From assembly GCA_050506795.1 (NCBI GenBank), contig JBJHCF010000018.1, forward strand, positions 26,331-90,330: a stretch of DNA of 64,000 bases. The letters are read 5' to 3'. Each line of letters begins with the position of its first letter. Positions within the stretch are counted from its first letter, which is position 1. The DNA comes from Opitutia bacterium. GTDB taxonomy: Bacteria > Verrucomicrobiota > Verrucomicrobiia > Opitutales > T3Sed10-336. Below, one piece after another: positions 18,506-27,606 of this stretch. The translations under genes and the position numbers were made by a program. Under the pieces are notes generated by a model. That model ran no database searches. It saw nothing but the letters and a program-made list of their open reading frames with translations, and had not been told where the DNA came from.

Positions 18506-19998
18506 GATTCCCGCTCCGTCGCCGCCGCTTCCGTTGTTTTTACCCGCTCCGGAACCAAGCGACCGGCTCGCATCGAAGTTCCACCGCTCTCATGATACTC
18601 GGCATCGGTATTGACTTTCCAGGGATCACGGAGGTCACCAAAGACTCGCCGAGCGGCTATCAAAGCGGTCATCATCGAATGATCCTGATTGTTATATTTG
18701 TGCATCCCGTTTCGTCCGGCCACCTGGAAGTTCGAGAACCTCGACAACCCCTCCCGGATCACCTTCAACCGGTCGCCGTACCCGCCGTCATAAACAGGAT
18801 AAGCCTTCTCCATCCGAACCACGCAGGAATCGATCACCGCTTTCGCACGAACGAGACCGATTTTTTCAATCTCGGTTTTGGCCAGTTCGACCAGATCCGC
18901 ATCCGGTTTGTCCCAGAGGTCGTCTCCCTGGGTGCAAAAATATTCCAACCCCAGGCAAGTCACCCCCGGGCTTTTCACCATCTCGGGACTCCAGTTGTTA
19001 TAATTCTGCACCCGCCCCACACGCACGGCGGCATCATGAATATAAATCCAATTGTCCGAGAACAAATCCTCACCATCGACCATTAAGGCCACTGTCAAAA
19101 AATCGCGGTATTTCAGACCCTTCGCGGCGGTCTCCACCTCCCCGCCCAACCCCGGTCGCATCGCCAGAATACAATCACGCAACGGCATCGAAAGAATGAA
19201 TTCGTCGCCCTTCCAATCCTGCGCATCTCCATTCCCGTTTACCGTCCGAATTAAAGTCACACGACGTTCGCCGTGATGAATCTCCACCACCTTCATCCCC
19301 ATGTGAACGGGGATTCCATTTTTCGCGAGGTCGTCACGAGTCTTCTCCCACATCATACCCGGACCCAGGCGTGGATACTGGAATTCGTCGATCAAAGTCT
19401 TGATGACCCCGTCGCCTGACCGCTTCCGCATCAAACTCCCCAACAGCGCTTCCTTCAGTGATAGCCCCTTGATCCGCTGCCCCGCCCAGTCCGCGCTGAT
19501 CTCCGAGCACGGCATCCCCCAGACCTTTTCCGTATAAGTCTTGAAGAAGATCCGAAAGAGCCTGTCTCCAAAACGATTCGTCACCCACTCCTCGAAGGTG
19601 TTCTCCGGTTTGATCGGAAAAACCCGACGCCAAAGGTAACTCACCACACAGAGGGAACTTGTGAACACCCCCAGATTTCCCAACGCGTTCCCGGGACGCA
19701 ACGGATAATCGAAATACCTTCCCCGATAATAAATCCGCGACTGCCGGCGGACGCTCAAAAAGTCATCCGGCAGCCGCTTCTTCCACCAACGCACAACTTC
19801 CGGGTTCTTACTGAAGAACCTGTGTCCGCCTATATCAAAGCGAAAGCCCTTATAACGCACCGTCCGGGAAATGCCGCCGACATACTCTTTGTCGGCCTCC
19901 AGCACCTCCACAGCATGATCGCTGCCAATAAACTCCGCCGCCGCCGTCAATCCAGCCGGCCCAGCGCCAACAATGATAATCTTTTTTCTATTTTCCAT
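18502..19998 (-). CDS. FAD-dependent oxidoreductase, UDP-galactopyranose mutase-like family (second paralog)
   Basis: IIVGAGPAGLTAA, FDIGGHRFFSK, YTEKVWG, GRNGMHKYNNQDHSM. Confidence 0.88.
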   Translation of the reverse strand: MENRKKIIIVGAGPAGLTAAAEFIGSDHAVEVLEADKEYVGGISRTVRYKGFRFDIGGHRFFSKNPEVVRWWKKRLPDDFLSVRRQSRIYYRGRYFDYPLRPGNALGNLGVFTSSLCVVSYLWRRVFPIKPENTFEEWVTNRFGDRLFRIFFKTYTEKVWGMPCSEISADWAGQRIKGLSLKEALLGSLMRKRSGDGVIKTLIDEFQYPRLGPGMMWEKTRDDLAKNGIPVHMGMKVVEIHHGERRVTLIRTVNGNGDAQDWKGDEFILSMPLRDCILAMRPGLGGEVETAAKGLKYRDFLTVALMVDGEDLFSDNWIYIHDAAVRVGRVQNYNNWSPEMVKSPGVTCLGLEYFCTQGDDLWDKPDADLVELAKTEIEKIGLVRAKAVIDSCVVRMEKAYPVYDGGYGDRLKVIREGLSRFSNFQVAGRNGMHKYNNQDHSMMTALIAARRVFGDLRDPWKVNTDAEYHESGGTSMRAGRLVPERVKTTEAAATERES

Positions 19999-20034
19999 GG
20001 AGTAAATTCAGAAGCAGATTTATTGGAAACAACC

Positions 20035-20592
20035 TTAAACGAAAACATACCACCGGTACCATGAAAAATTCCACACCATAGCCATCCCGAGAGCCATTGC
20101 CTTTACCAGGTTTCGCTCCCAAAAATCCGACAACTTCCACTTTTCAGAACCACCCCCAATTCCGCACAATTGACGCGCCCTTCCCACGCCCACTCGCCCA
20201 CTCCCCACCTCACCCCTCGCCCCGCGTCCCATCCCCTCCTCGCCGATTCGCCTCCTCGCCCGCTCCCGGGTTCGTTCTCCCGTCTTCTGCTTCCACCTGC
20301 TGAACGCCGAAAGCCAATAAATAACCGCTGATTGAATACCATAGGCTGCAACCAGGGTCACCACAAGAAACTCGATCACCGGCCAACCCCCATCATTCAA
20401 ATCCGCAAACGCCCAGTTTCTGTTCAACGTAAAGCTAACCGCCATGGCAAACGTCACCGCCACAAGGTTCGCCCGAACCCGTGCTCCGTAACCAAAATAT
20501 CGTACGAACCCATTGAACCCGACAAACTCCACCCCGGCCGCTATTACCCCAACAACCATGAACCGCATCACCTGTTCGTCCAATCCCGACAT
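20035..20592 (-). CDS. GtrA family flippase-like protein with a long G/R/E-rich loop insertion
   Basis: RFMVVG, ANLVA...VSFTLNRNWAF, K.......WNFSWYRWYVF are GtrA hallmarks. Confidence 0.85.
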   Translation of the reverse strand: MSGLDEQVMRFMVVGVIAAGVEFVGFNGFVRYFGYGARVRANLVAVTFAMAVSFTLNRNWAFADLNDGGWPVIEFLVVTLVAAYGIQSAVIYWLSAFSRWKQKTGERTRERARRRIGEEGMGRGARGEVGSGRVGVGRARQLCGIGGGSEKWKLSDFWERNLVKAMALGMAMVWNFSWYRWYVFV

Positions 20593-20816
20593 TATCAGTC
20601 AGTACCCAGCATAAATTTCAAAAACCTTCACAAGACAGCACAAAATCCAGTTCAATTTTCTCCCGTGAATTCATCAATCGTTTCTCCCTATTGTCTCGTA
20701 GGGAATCTCTAAAGAAATTTGCCGCTCTCCCGATTCTCTTCTCAGACGATATGACAACTCCGGTGCCAAAACACCATCCTTCCAACCAAAGATAAGCCGA
20801 TATATCCTGACAACCA

Positions 20817-22643
20817 TCATCCCTCATCTCTCCACCTCACTCGCAACAGGCGAAACCGCGACCACCCCTCGTGCAACTCCTCTGCAGTCATAAACGCGAT
20901 AAATGCGACTTGGATCCCACTCTGGTAGCGCTTCCTCCTCGGACCGGAAAACCGCAACACCATGCCCTCTTGCGTCGGCGTCATGCTTTCAAGGTTAAGA
21001 AACTCCAGCGCGACCTTTGCCTGAATGGTTTCGTAGTCCTTCCGCGAAAGTTCGAAGCCCTCGGCAAAAGTTACGGTCAACTCCACAAATTCCGGGTCGT
21101 CAACAAACAAAGCGATTGCCGCCCGAGTCTTCCCCGACTCCGAACTCCATCCCGAACCGCTAAAATAGCTCACGTACTTCTCAAAAGCCATCCCCAAAGT
21201 ATATTCTTCAGGCGCTTCGAGAAATAATGATGGATCCTGATCAATTTTGCGAAGAAGATCTTCGCGCGCGATGGGGGGATCAACCGGGCTACCGATCCTA
21301 TTTCCCGTTGCAAAAATCAGCTGATATCCCCACCATAAAAAAACTACTATAGTGACGCTCCATCGGAACTGTCGCATAAACCTTCCTACGGACAACCCAC
21401 TTAAAAGATACAAGAACGCCAGAAGACCCGCTCCGAATCCAGGTGCGAAGTCCACAAGATATCTAGAATTTATAAACGGAAATCGTAGGTAAAAAGCCAG
21501 CAGCGGAATAGTGCAGGCAAGAAACCAAAATGCAAGCACTTCCGCCACACCAAACGAGACCTCTTGACTGCGAATCATTCGCCAACATCGAACCGCAAAC
21601 CACCCGGCTACAAACAGCAATGGACACGTGTAAGCGAGATTATAATTAGGGAAGTATAGTTGGCGCCATCGCACTGTCTCTGAGATATACCCTTCATCCA
21701 AGAACAAAAGCGTAATCAACTCCCGAGCCGCCGAGAACAACGGTTCCGATTCAAACGGAGCCTCAAAACGTCCCGCAAATCTCATAGTAGGAAAGTTATT
21801 AAGGTGAAGATTGTGTCCGAACTCGAATGCGGCACCAAAACGAATCCAATTTACTATCAACAAGCAAAATCCTCCAAACAAAAACAAAGCAAGACCGGTA
21901 AGTAATCGACCTTGCGACCACCGAAGTAAACAAGCCTGCGCGAATATAACGGCAAAAGAGGCCACTCCATAAATGCCTGCAGTCGGTCGGACAAAAGCAG
22001 CAAAACCCGCTACAGTTGCGATCAGTGCAAACGCCCACATCGTAGAGTTCCGAATAAAGTATATAACGGAACTCAATAGTGCCACGCCTAGCAGAAAGCT
22101 GTAGGCCTGCACCTCCTCGTAAAAACTGAACCTTGGTGTGCTAAGGAGAGCCACAAATACAGGAGAAAAGGCAAGAAGAGGAAGAATGTTCATTCCTATA
22201 GGATCTTCCCTTATCTTCTGCACCCATATCGATATCTCACGGGTACCAGATGCCACAAGAAAAACGAGGCAGGCAAGAGTCATCACCAACACCATTGCCA
22301 CTCCGAGCGCCAGACGATCAGGAAAAACTTCACGACCAAACACCTTCGCCACGACTTCAAATGGGACCCGCCATGCGGGGACTCCTAAACCCCAAACCTG
22401 CTGAACTAGACCGTTGTCCCACACTAGTCCGAGCCCGAGATCTGCCGGTGAGTCCGACAATCCTAAGCGGGCCTGAATCAGGACATTGGCCTGGTGCCGT
22501 AGAGTCAGGTGAGGAGAGTACCAATGCCCCCAATCAAGGATCACATCTGAAGAGATTAGCAATGTCGCTGAAAGAACTGTACAAACATACAGAATTCCAA
22601 CCGGAAACAATAGATAAAAGTTTCCTTTGTTAGCAGACGTCAC
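20817..22643 (-). CDS. Polytopic membrane protein, putative GT-C fold glycosyltransferase (paralog 3, lower GC)
   Basis: QVWGLGVPAWRVPFE, FPDRLAL, YEEVQAY, NWIRFGAAFEFGH, RYLVDFAPG; shares the C-terminal domain (F.GP....Y..GIQ..F..F) with paralogs 1 and 2. Confidence 0.6.
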   Translation of the reverse strand: MTSANKGNFYLLFPVGILYVCTVLSATLLISSDVILDWGHWYSPHLTLRHQANVLIQARLGLSDSPADLGLGLVWDNGLVQQVWGLGVPAWRVPFEVVAKVFGREVFPDRLALGVAMVLVMTLACLVFLVASGTREISIWVQKIREDPIGMNILPLLAFSPVFVALLSTPRFSFYEEVQAYSFLLGVALLSSVIYFIRNSTMWAFALIATVAGFAAFVRPTAGIYGVASFAVIFAQACLLRWSQGRLLTGLALFLFGGFCLLIVNWIRFGAAFEFGHNLHLNNFPTMRFAGRFEAPFESEPLFSAARELITLLFLDEGYISETVRWRQLYFPNYNLAYTCPLLFVAGWFAVRCWRMIRSQEVSFGVAEVLAFWFLACTIPLLAFYLRFPFINSRYLVDFAPGFGAGLLAFLYLLSGLSVGRFMRQFRWSVTIVVFLWWGYQLIFATGNRIGSPVDPPIAREDLLRKIDQDPSLFLEAPEEYTLGMAFEKYVSYFSGSGWSSESGKTRAAIALFVDDPEFVELTVTFAEGFELSRKDYETIQAKVALEFLNLESMTPTQEGMVLRFSGPRRKRYQSGIQVAFIAFMTAEELHEGWSRFRLLRVRWRDEG

Positions 22644-22724
22644 AACTTATTTTCCAAACATTATAATGCCTGAAACCTTTACGGTTAGCTGGACGCCAAG
22701 AGCTTCTCTTTTTTGTAGCCCAGA

Positions 22725-22771
22725 GGGACAGGGCTTCTGGCCTCTTCCAAAGCTTGGCTCAGCCCTGTCCC
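22725..22771. other. Stem-loop downstream of the Cys-rich peptide gene (mRNA stabiliser or attenuator candidate)
   Basis: GGGACAGGGCT (22725-22735) pairs perfectly with AGCCCTGTCCC (22761-22771), with inner CCAA-AGC-TTGG. Confidence 0.55.
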
Positions 22772-22809
22772 AAGGGATCTAACAAAATTGGATTAACGAA
22801 TTACTTAAG

Positions 22810-23169
22810 TCAGGAAGCGCACTTGCAATTTACGCCGTAACCACCATCACCAGTCCACTCGCACGACCTAGTCCTTATCGTACTCCTCCCGCTACATACA
22901 TCCGGATTACAGATACCTATAAATCCTTTACAACCTATCTCCTCCCAGTCCTCTTCACACACGCCAAGCCCACCACATTCCGGTTCCGTTACGGCTTCGC
23001 CGCAATCCGTTATAACGTCGGTTCCTGAGTCAATCACCTTACAATTTCCCTTCTCAGATCCTGTTCCTGCATCGGTTGAAACAACCATAAGCAACAAACT
23101 ACTAACAGTTAATAATACCGCCGCAGTGACCCATCTCGCTCGAGTATTTCCAACAATTCTCATAATCAT
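22810..23169 (-). CDS. Small secreted cysteine-rich protein (10 Cys in about 85-aa mature part)
   Basis: Sec-type signal peptide ending VSTDA; acidic Gly/Cys-rich mature region ending CKCAS. Confidence 0.8.
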   Translation of the reverse strand: MIMRIVGNTRARWVTAAVLLTVSSLLLMVVSTDAGTGSEKGNCKVIDSGTDVITDCGEAVTEPECGGLGVCEEDWEEIGCKGFIGICNPDVCSGRSTIRTRSCEWTGDGGYGVNCKCAS

Positions 23170-23195
23170 ATCGCTATCTTTCTTTCTGTTTCTTG

Positions 23196-24410
23196 TTATT
23201 GTTTGGATTCAGGATGAATCTCCTCCTTTGTTGGTTTCAGTTTCCACATGTAAAGCAGAAGAGGAATTCCTCCAGAAATTAAAATCAATACAATTACGAC
23301 AAGCTTCATACCATCAGGTCTAGGACCTGTTGGTATACTAGCCTCCATAGCATACTCCCGAAAAAGACTGGTAATAAAAGGATCTTCCTTCGAGAACCAT
23401 CCGGTTTCGCTCTCACTGGAAATCACGTACATCAACTCGTTTACATCACCAGCTTCACTCTTCATTCTAAGTCGGGAATCTTGAACAAACACGTCACTAT
23501 TAATCTCCGGTCGATAGGACATGCCCGGATTTGAACGAAATTCCCACGAATTAAACTCACCTTTTACTATCCACGTCGAGTGATCTTCGGGAGGATAACC
23601 CAAATAGGTTGTCGACGTAAATTCTGCTGGAAGGGTGATGCCATTCTCTAGTATTACCTCATTATTCCAAACGACCTCTGTTGTGAGGGCTCCGTCAGTC
23701 GAACCGCGTTTGCTTTCCCATTGACGTATTAGCCGATCTGGGTTGCGAGCAAATCCTATCGAATCAATATCGATCCGAGCTACCTCTTCCTCAGGTGTTA
23801 GCATATCAAAGCTCTTCTCCCTAATTATTGAAAGGTTCCGGGCCATAAGTGGCTCTTGTTCTATAATCTCTGCTTCATACCGAAATCCGTAAGCATTTAT
23901 GTTTCCGCGTGGTTGTCTAAAAAGATTAATGATCTCCCCGGAGTCTCCACGCTTTTTTAAGAATTGTACGTTTCCAAGTGCATACCACAATGCATCGCGT
24001 GCGCAATCTTGTATTTTATTTATTGGAATATCACCTGAGCTTAAAAAAGCCGTGTCATTCGGTGTTCTGCCTTCTCGGATTATGTAGAAAAAATCTTCAC
24101 CATCAAATGAGAACTCGATGTCGTGATCTTCGTGATGCCAATGATTGTTGAGCCTGAATAGAAAATTTCCGGACTTAGAAATTATAACAACAACATCCGC
24201 CGAATAACGCACACCTCTGGAGTTCACCTCGACGATTCCTCGACCCTCCCACGCCCCAACGTGATTCTCTGGGGCCACATCCCCGGAAGGCTCTAATGAA
24301 GGCGCGTCTTGCGCGAACACGATTATTGGGCTCATCGTTATAATTCGAAAGAGTATTATTCCTCTTAAAATTAATTGATGAATTCCCGTTTTAAATCGTC
24401 GTTTTCGCAT
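23196..24410 (-). CDS. Exported hypothetical protein with C-terminal membrane anchor
   Basis: Signal-like N-terminus (IIVFA-Q) and C-terminal LVVIVLILISGGIPLLLYMWKLK; lower GC. Confidence 0.75.
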   Translation of the reverse strand: MRKRRFKTGIHQLILRGIILFRIITMSPIIVFAQDAPSLEPSGDVAPENHVGAWEGRGIVEVNSRGVRYSADVVVIISKSGNFLFRLNNHWHHEDHDIEFSFDGEDFFYIIREGRTPNDTAFLSSGDIPINKIQDCARDALWYALGNVQFLKKRGDSGEIINLFRQPRGNINAYGFRYEAEIIEQEPLMARNLSIIREKSFDMLTPEEEVARIDIDSIGFARNPDRLIRQWESKRGSTDGALTTEVVWNNEVILENGITLPAEFTSTTYLGYPPEDHSTWIVKGEFNSWEFRSNPGMSYRPEINSDVFVQDSRLRMKSEAGDVNELMYVISSESETGWFSKEDPFITSLFREYAMEASIPTGPRPDGMKLVVIVLILISGGIPLLLYMWKLKPTKEEIHPESKQ

Positions 24411-24425
24411 AAAAGAATAACTTTA

Positions 24426-24911
24426 TTAGGTTAACGCACCGGCGCTGGACGAGGGACTTGACGGCACTCTGTACATTGAAGCCAAGAGGATACCGTAGCT
24501 TCCCACCAATAAAACTCCCAGCAACCCCATTGAGATCCATTCAGCCGCTTGTGGCGAGATCCCAAGTACATCAGTCAAATTTCCCAGGCATCCGCAGGGC
24601 CTTTGCCAATCGACCGCCCATATACCGACCCGATATACCAAAAACCCGGAGGCAATCCATGCCACCATGAGAGTACTTAAGGCTTCCCGCTTTGAGAAAA
24701 AGCAGAATCCTGCAACAACAAGCTCCGCGAGCCCGACAGCAAACATCAGGTACCGAAACTCTACTCCAAAGATCGGATCGGACACCTGGAGCAGAGTCGT
24801 GTCGCCCGTGACGGTGAAGAGCTTCGCCAATCCCGTAACCGCCAAGATGATTCCCGCCGCAATCAAGAACCGGCGTCCGTTGGGACTGACTTTGGCAGTA
24901 AGAAGATTCAT
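24426..24911 (-). CDS. MauE/DoxX family redox-associated membrane protein
   Basis: Four TM segments, TGLAKL, AEL, and the PCGCLG motif of MauE-like proteins. Confidence 0.85.
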   Translation of the reverse strand: MNLLTAKVSPNGRRFLIAAGIILAVTGLAKLFTVTGDTTLLQVSDPIFGVEFRYLMFAVGLAELVVAGFCFFSKREALSTLMVAWIASGFLVYRVGIWAVDWQRPCGCLGNLTDVLGISPQAAEWISMGLLGVLLVGSYGILLASMYRVPSSPSSSAGALT

Positions 24912-25074
24912 GGGTTAGGTTTTGAGGCTCAGGAGGTATTTCTAAGTTTCAAGTTAGAGGTTCAATTCGTCCTGTTCCCTATGCGACAAGAATGAAAATG
25001 AAGGTATTTTCATCTCATTCAAGGAAAAGGTTCGACGCTTTTCGGACATTTCTACGTTTTCCGGACATTATCGA

Positions 25075-25518
25075 TTATTTTTTCCTCCTTAAACGTACGA
25101 ATTCCACGCTGCATTGTGCCAGTTTCGATAGCTCGTCCACCGGTATGCTTCCATCGGCGTCCAATAGGCCGGGATTCTTCGCGAGCATCCGTTCGACCGT
25201 TTTGTCCGGGTTCACTATGAACTCACGCGGCGAGCAGTCGAATTGACGGCGAAATGCCGCGGTGAAGGTGCCCACCCGATCGAAACCCAACTCGTAGGCT
25301 GCGCCGGAGATGTGTTTGGATCCAAGAAGGAGCGGCAGGGATTTCCAGATTCGAATTTGATTGAGCCACTTGCTGGGAGAGGTCCCACAGCGAACCCTAA
25401 AATACCTTCTGAGTTGACGCCGGGAGACACCGCACTCCTCCGCCAACCCCGAAACGCCATACTTGGCGCGTTCCGCTTTCTCCATCCAATCCTCGATCAA
25501 GTCCAGGGTACTGCTCAT
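25075..25518 (-). CDS. Stand-alone AraC-type helix-turn-helix regulator
   Basis: LAEECGVSRRQLRRYF...SPSKWL..IR...LL......AYELGF.....FTAAFRRQFDCSPREF; no sensor domain. Start uncertain (25518 or 25641). Confidence 0.85.
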   Translation of the reverse strand: MSSTLDLIEDWMEKAERAKYGVSGLAEECGVSRRQLRRYFRVRCGTSPSKWLNQIRIWKSLPLLLGSKHISGAAYELGFDRVGTFTAAFRRQFDCSPREFIVNPDKTVERMLAKNPGLLDADGSIPVDELSKLAQCSVEFVRLRRKK

Positions 25519-25646
25519 TTGGGATATCGGGGTTGATTCTAAAATGATTTCGAGCGATCCGCGGATCGCATTCCTATTGGAAGCTCTTCTCCCGAATCGT
25601 CCCGTCGCTGCCGTGGGCAAAAATAAGCTCGCGCAGGCCATTTGTT

Positions 25647-25668
25647 AGAGAGAGAGAGAGAGAGAGAG
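25647..25668. repeat. (AG)11 dinucleotide microsatellite
   Basis: 22 nt of perfect AG repeats upstream of the AraC gene. Confidence 0.95.
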
Positions 25669-25833
25669 GCGGGCTGGGTCCGGTTGTCGGTTATTCTTTG
25701 TTGGTTAATGGGTTGAATCATTCTCGGTCTCCTTTTCGTGCTTTTTGTGTGTTTCGTGGTTGATCCGTCTTTTTTTTATTAAACCAAACACCAGGAACAA
25801 AGAACCAGGCACAGTCCCGAGACAGCGGGACTT

Positions 25834-26604
25834 TCACCACCAAAAGGTCGGGTGCGGGGGATTGGGTTCGAATTTTTCATCGTCCATGTCGGCGAAATCG
25901 CGCCAGGCGACGTGGCCGTCGAGGAAAAGGATGTTTCCGCCAGCGGGCGCCGTTCCTTCAAGGTGGTTGCTGCTGTCGGGGAAGCGGGAGCCGCCCGGTA
26001 TCGCGTGGAAATTCCCGTCGCGCCCGTCGATCGACAGAGTCGCGTCAACCGCCAATTCTCTTTGGCTTGCGGATACAAGCTCGTATTCCGGTTGGCGGCC
26101 TTCCGACACCAAAACCCGCACCGGGTCTCTGAGGTGAGTGTTCGTGTAACGGGGATAAATCGAGGGAGTGTGTTCCAGCAGCAATACGTAACGGATCACC
26201 CGAAACCCTTCTTTGGCGAATTCGTCACCCGCAGTGTCGGTGACCGCGAAGTCCCACAATTCAAAGCGATCTTCGTAGCTTCCCGAGCGGCAGAAAAACA
26301 TATCCCGCTCTCCCCCGCCCACCCGTATGAGCGCGTCGAGCACGTTCACCGTGACATCCCACGGCCACAGCCCTCCCTGCTCTTCATCCATAGCCGGCAG
26401 TCGATCGTTGTGGTCGTTGGCGTAAAGCTGGAAACTCGTTCCAATCTCGCGCAGGTTGTTCGCGCAATGGGAACGCCGGGCGGACTCGCGCACACGCGAA
26501 GTCACCGGTAACAGAATCACCGCCAATATGGCGATCACCGCAATGGCGGTCAGCAGTTCCAACAATGTGTAGCCCGTATTGAGGCGTGGTAAATTATCTC
26601 GCAA
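25834..26604 (-). CDS. Prepilin-type N-terminal cleavage/methylation protein with H-X9-DG motif
   Basis: GYTLLELLTAIAVIAILAVILLP...C.NNLR.IG; C-terminal NHLEGTAPAGGNILFLDGHV. Likely TTG start near 26604 (AGGA upstream); the longer ORF is a shadow of the upstream paralog. Confidence 0.85.
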   Translation of the reverse strand: MRDNLPRLNTGYTLLELLTAIAVIAILAVILLPVTSRVRESARRSHCANNLREIGTSFQLYANDHNDRLPAMDEEQGGLWPWDVTVNVLDALIRVGGGERDMFFCRSGSYEDRFELWDFAVTDTAGDEFAKEGFRVIRYVLLLEHTPSIYPRYTNTHLRDPVRVLVSEGRQPEYELVSASQRELAVDATLSIDGRDGNFHAIPGGSRFPDSSNHLEGTAPAGGNILFLDGHVAWRDFADMDDEKFEPNPPHPTFWW

Positions 26605-26827
26605 CGGCGTTTCCTGTGAGTTGTCCTTAGCTCCTATAACTCCCCTATCCGCCGCGAATTCAGAGCCCACACAGTAGGTCCGAGTTTCAGCCGGACCGTT
26701 CGGAGCGCTCCGGTCTCCGAGTGCTGCACCCCTCGAACCAACTCCAAATTGTAAAATGTCGGAATGCGTCGCTGTGCTGAAATTCATAGACTTCATCCTT
26801 CTGACTTCGTAATCCATCCTTGCCCTC

Positions 26828-27550
26828 TCACCACCAGAACATCGGCATGCCCCGTACTTTGGTGTCGTCCATGTCCTCGAAATCGCGCCAGGCGACATGG
26901 CCGTCGAGAAACAGGATGTTCCCCCCGGCCGGACGGGTCCCGTCAAGATGGTTCGTGCGGTCGGGCCGCTTCTCGCCAGGGTAGGTGTTGCGGTCGAAGG
27001 TTCCGTGCCGGCCCCCGGTGAACGAAATAACCGCGTCCACCGCCAGTTCCTTTTCCCCCGCCGCCGGGTCATTTCCCGATAACGGCAAACGCGCATGCGT
27101 GTGTTCCGGACGCACCCGGGGAACTCCCTCCAACAGTAGAACGTAGCCTATCACCCGATATCCCTCTTCCCATTGTCCGAAACCTCTCACGCCCAGATTC
27201 CAAAGCTCCTCGCTCGCATTCACCGGCCCCGAAGGGCAGTAAAAGGTGTCCCGCACCGTTCTCCGTTGCAGGAGTTCCCTCAGCACCGCCACCGAAGTGT
27301 CCCAAGGCCATTCCCCGGCACCCTCCATAACCGGCAAACGCCCTCGGTGCTCTGAGGCGAAAATCTCCAAGGCGCCCCCGATATTGCGCAGATTGTCCGC
27401 GCAAGCGGCCCGCCGCGAATTTTCCCGCACGCCCGAAAGCACCGGAATCAGAACGGCCGCCAGGACGGCCAACACCCCAACCACCACCAACGCCTCGACC
27501 AGGGACAATCCAGCGCAGCTTCGGAACCTGCTTTCAGATAACTTACTCAT
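26828..27550 (-). CDS. Prepilin-type N-terminal cleavage/methylation protein with H-X9-DG motif (paralog)
   Basis: GLSLVEALVVVGVLAVLAAVLIP...CADNLRNIG; FYCPS; NHLDGTRPAGGNILFLDGHV. Confidence 0.88.
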   Translation of the reverse strand: MSKLSESRFRSCAGLSLVEALVVVGVLAVLAAVLIPVLSGVRENSRRAACADNLRNIGGALEIFASEHRGRLPVMEGAGEWPWDTSVAVLRELLQRRTVRDTFYCPSGPVNASEELWNLGVRGFGQWEEGYRVIGYVLLLEGVPRVRPEHTHARLPLSGNDPAAGEKELAVDAVISFTGGRHGTFDRNTYPGEKRPDRTNHLDGTRPAGGNILFLDGHVAWRDFEDMDDTKVRGMPMFWW

Positions 27551-27606
27551 GGGGAGAACTTTCTGTGATTTTCTACCGAGGGCTGGGTGCGGCGTGGAAA
27601 AGTGAA

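Noticed and set aside
22810..23169. Methylamine dehydrogenase small subunit (MauA)
   Set aside because: Cys-rich with two Trp and near MauE, but shorter, without a Tat signal or recognisable MauA motifs, and no mauB/D/G in the window.
25539..25721. Slippage at (AG)11 fusing this short ORF to the AraC gene
   Set aside because: A TAA in the AraC frame (25647-25645) lies immediately after the tract.
26605..27096. N-terminal extension of the 420-aa prepilin ORF
   Set aside because: Overlaps the upstream paralog in another frame, and the prepilin cleavage motif should lie near the N-terminus.
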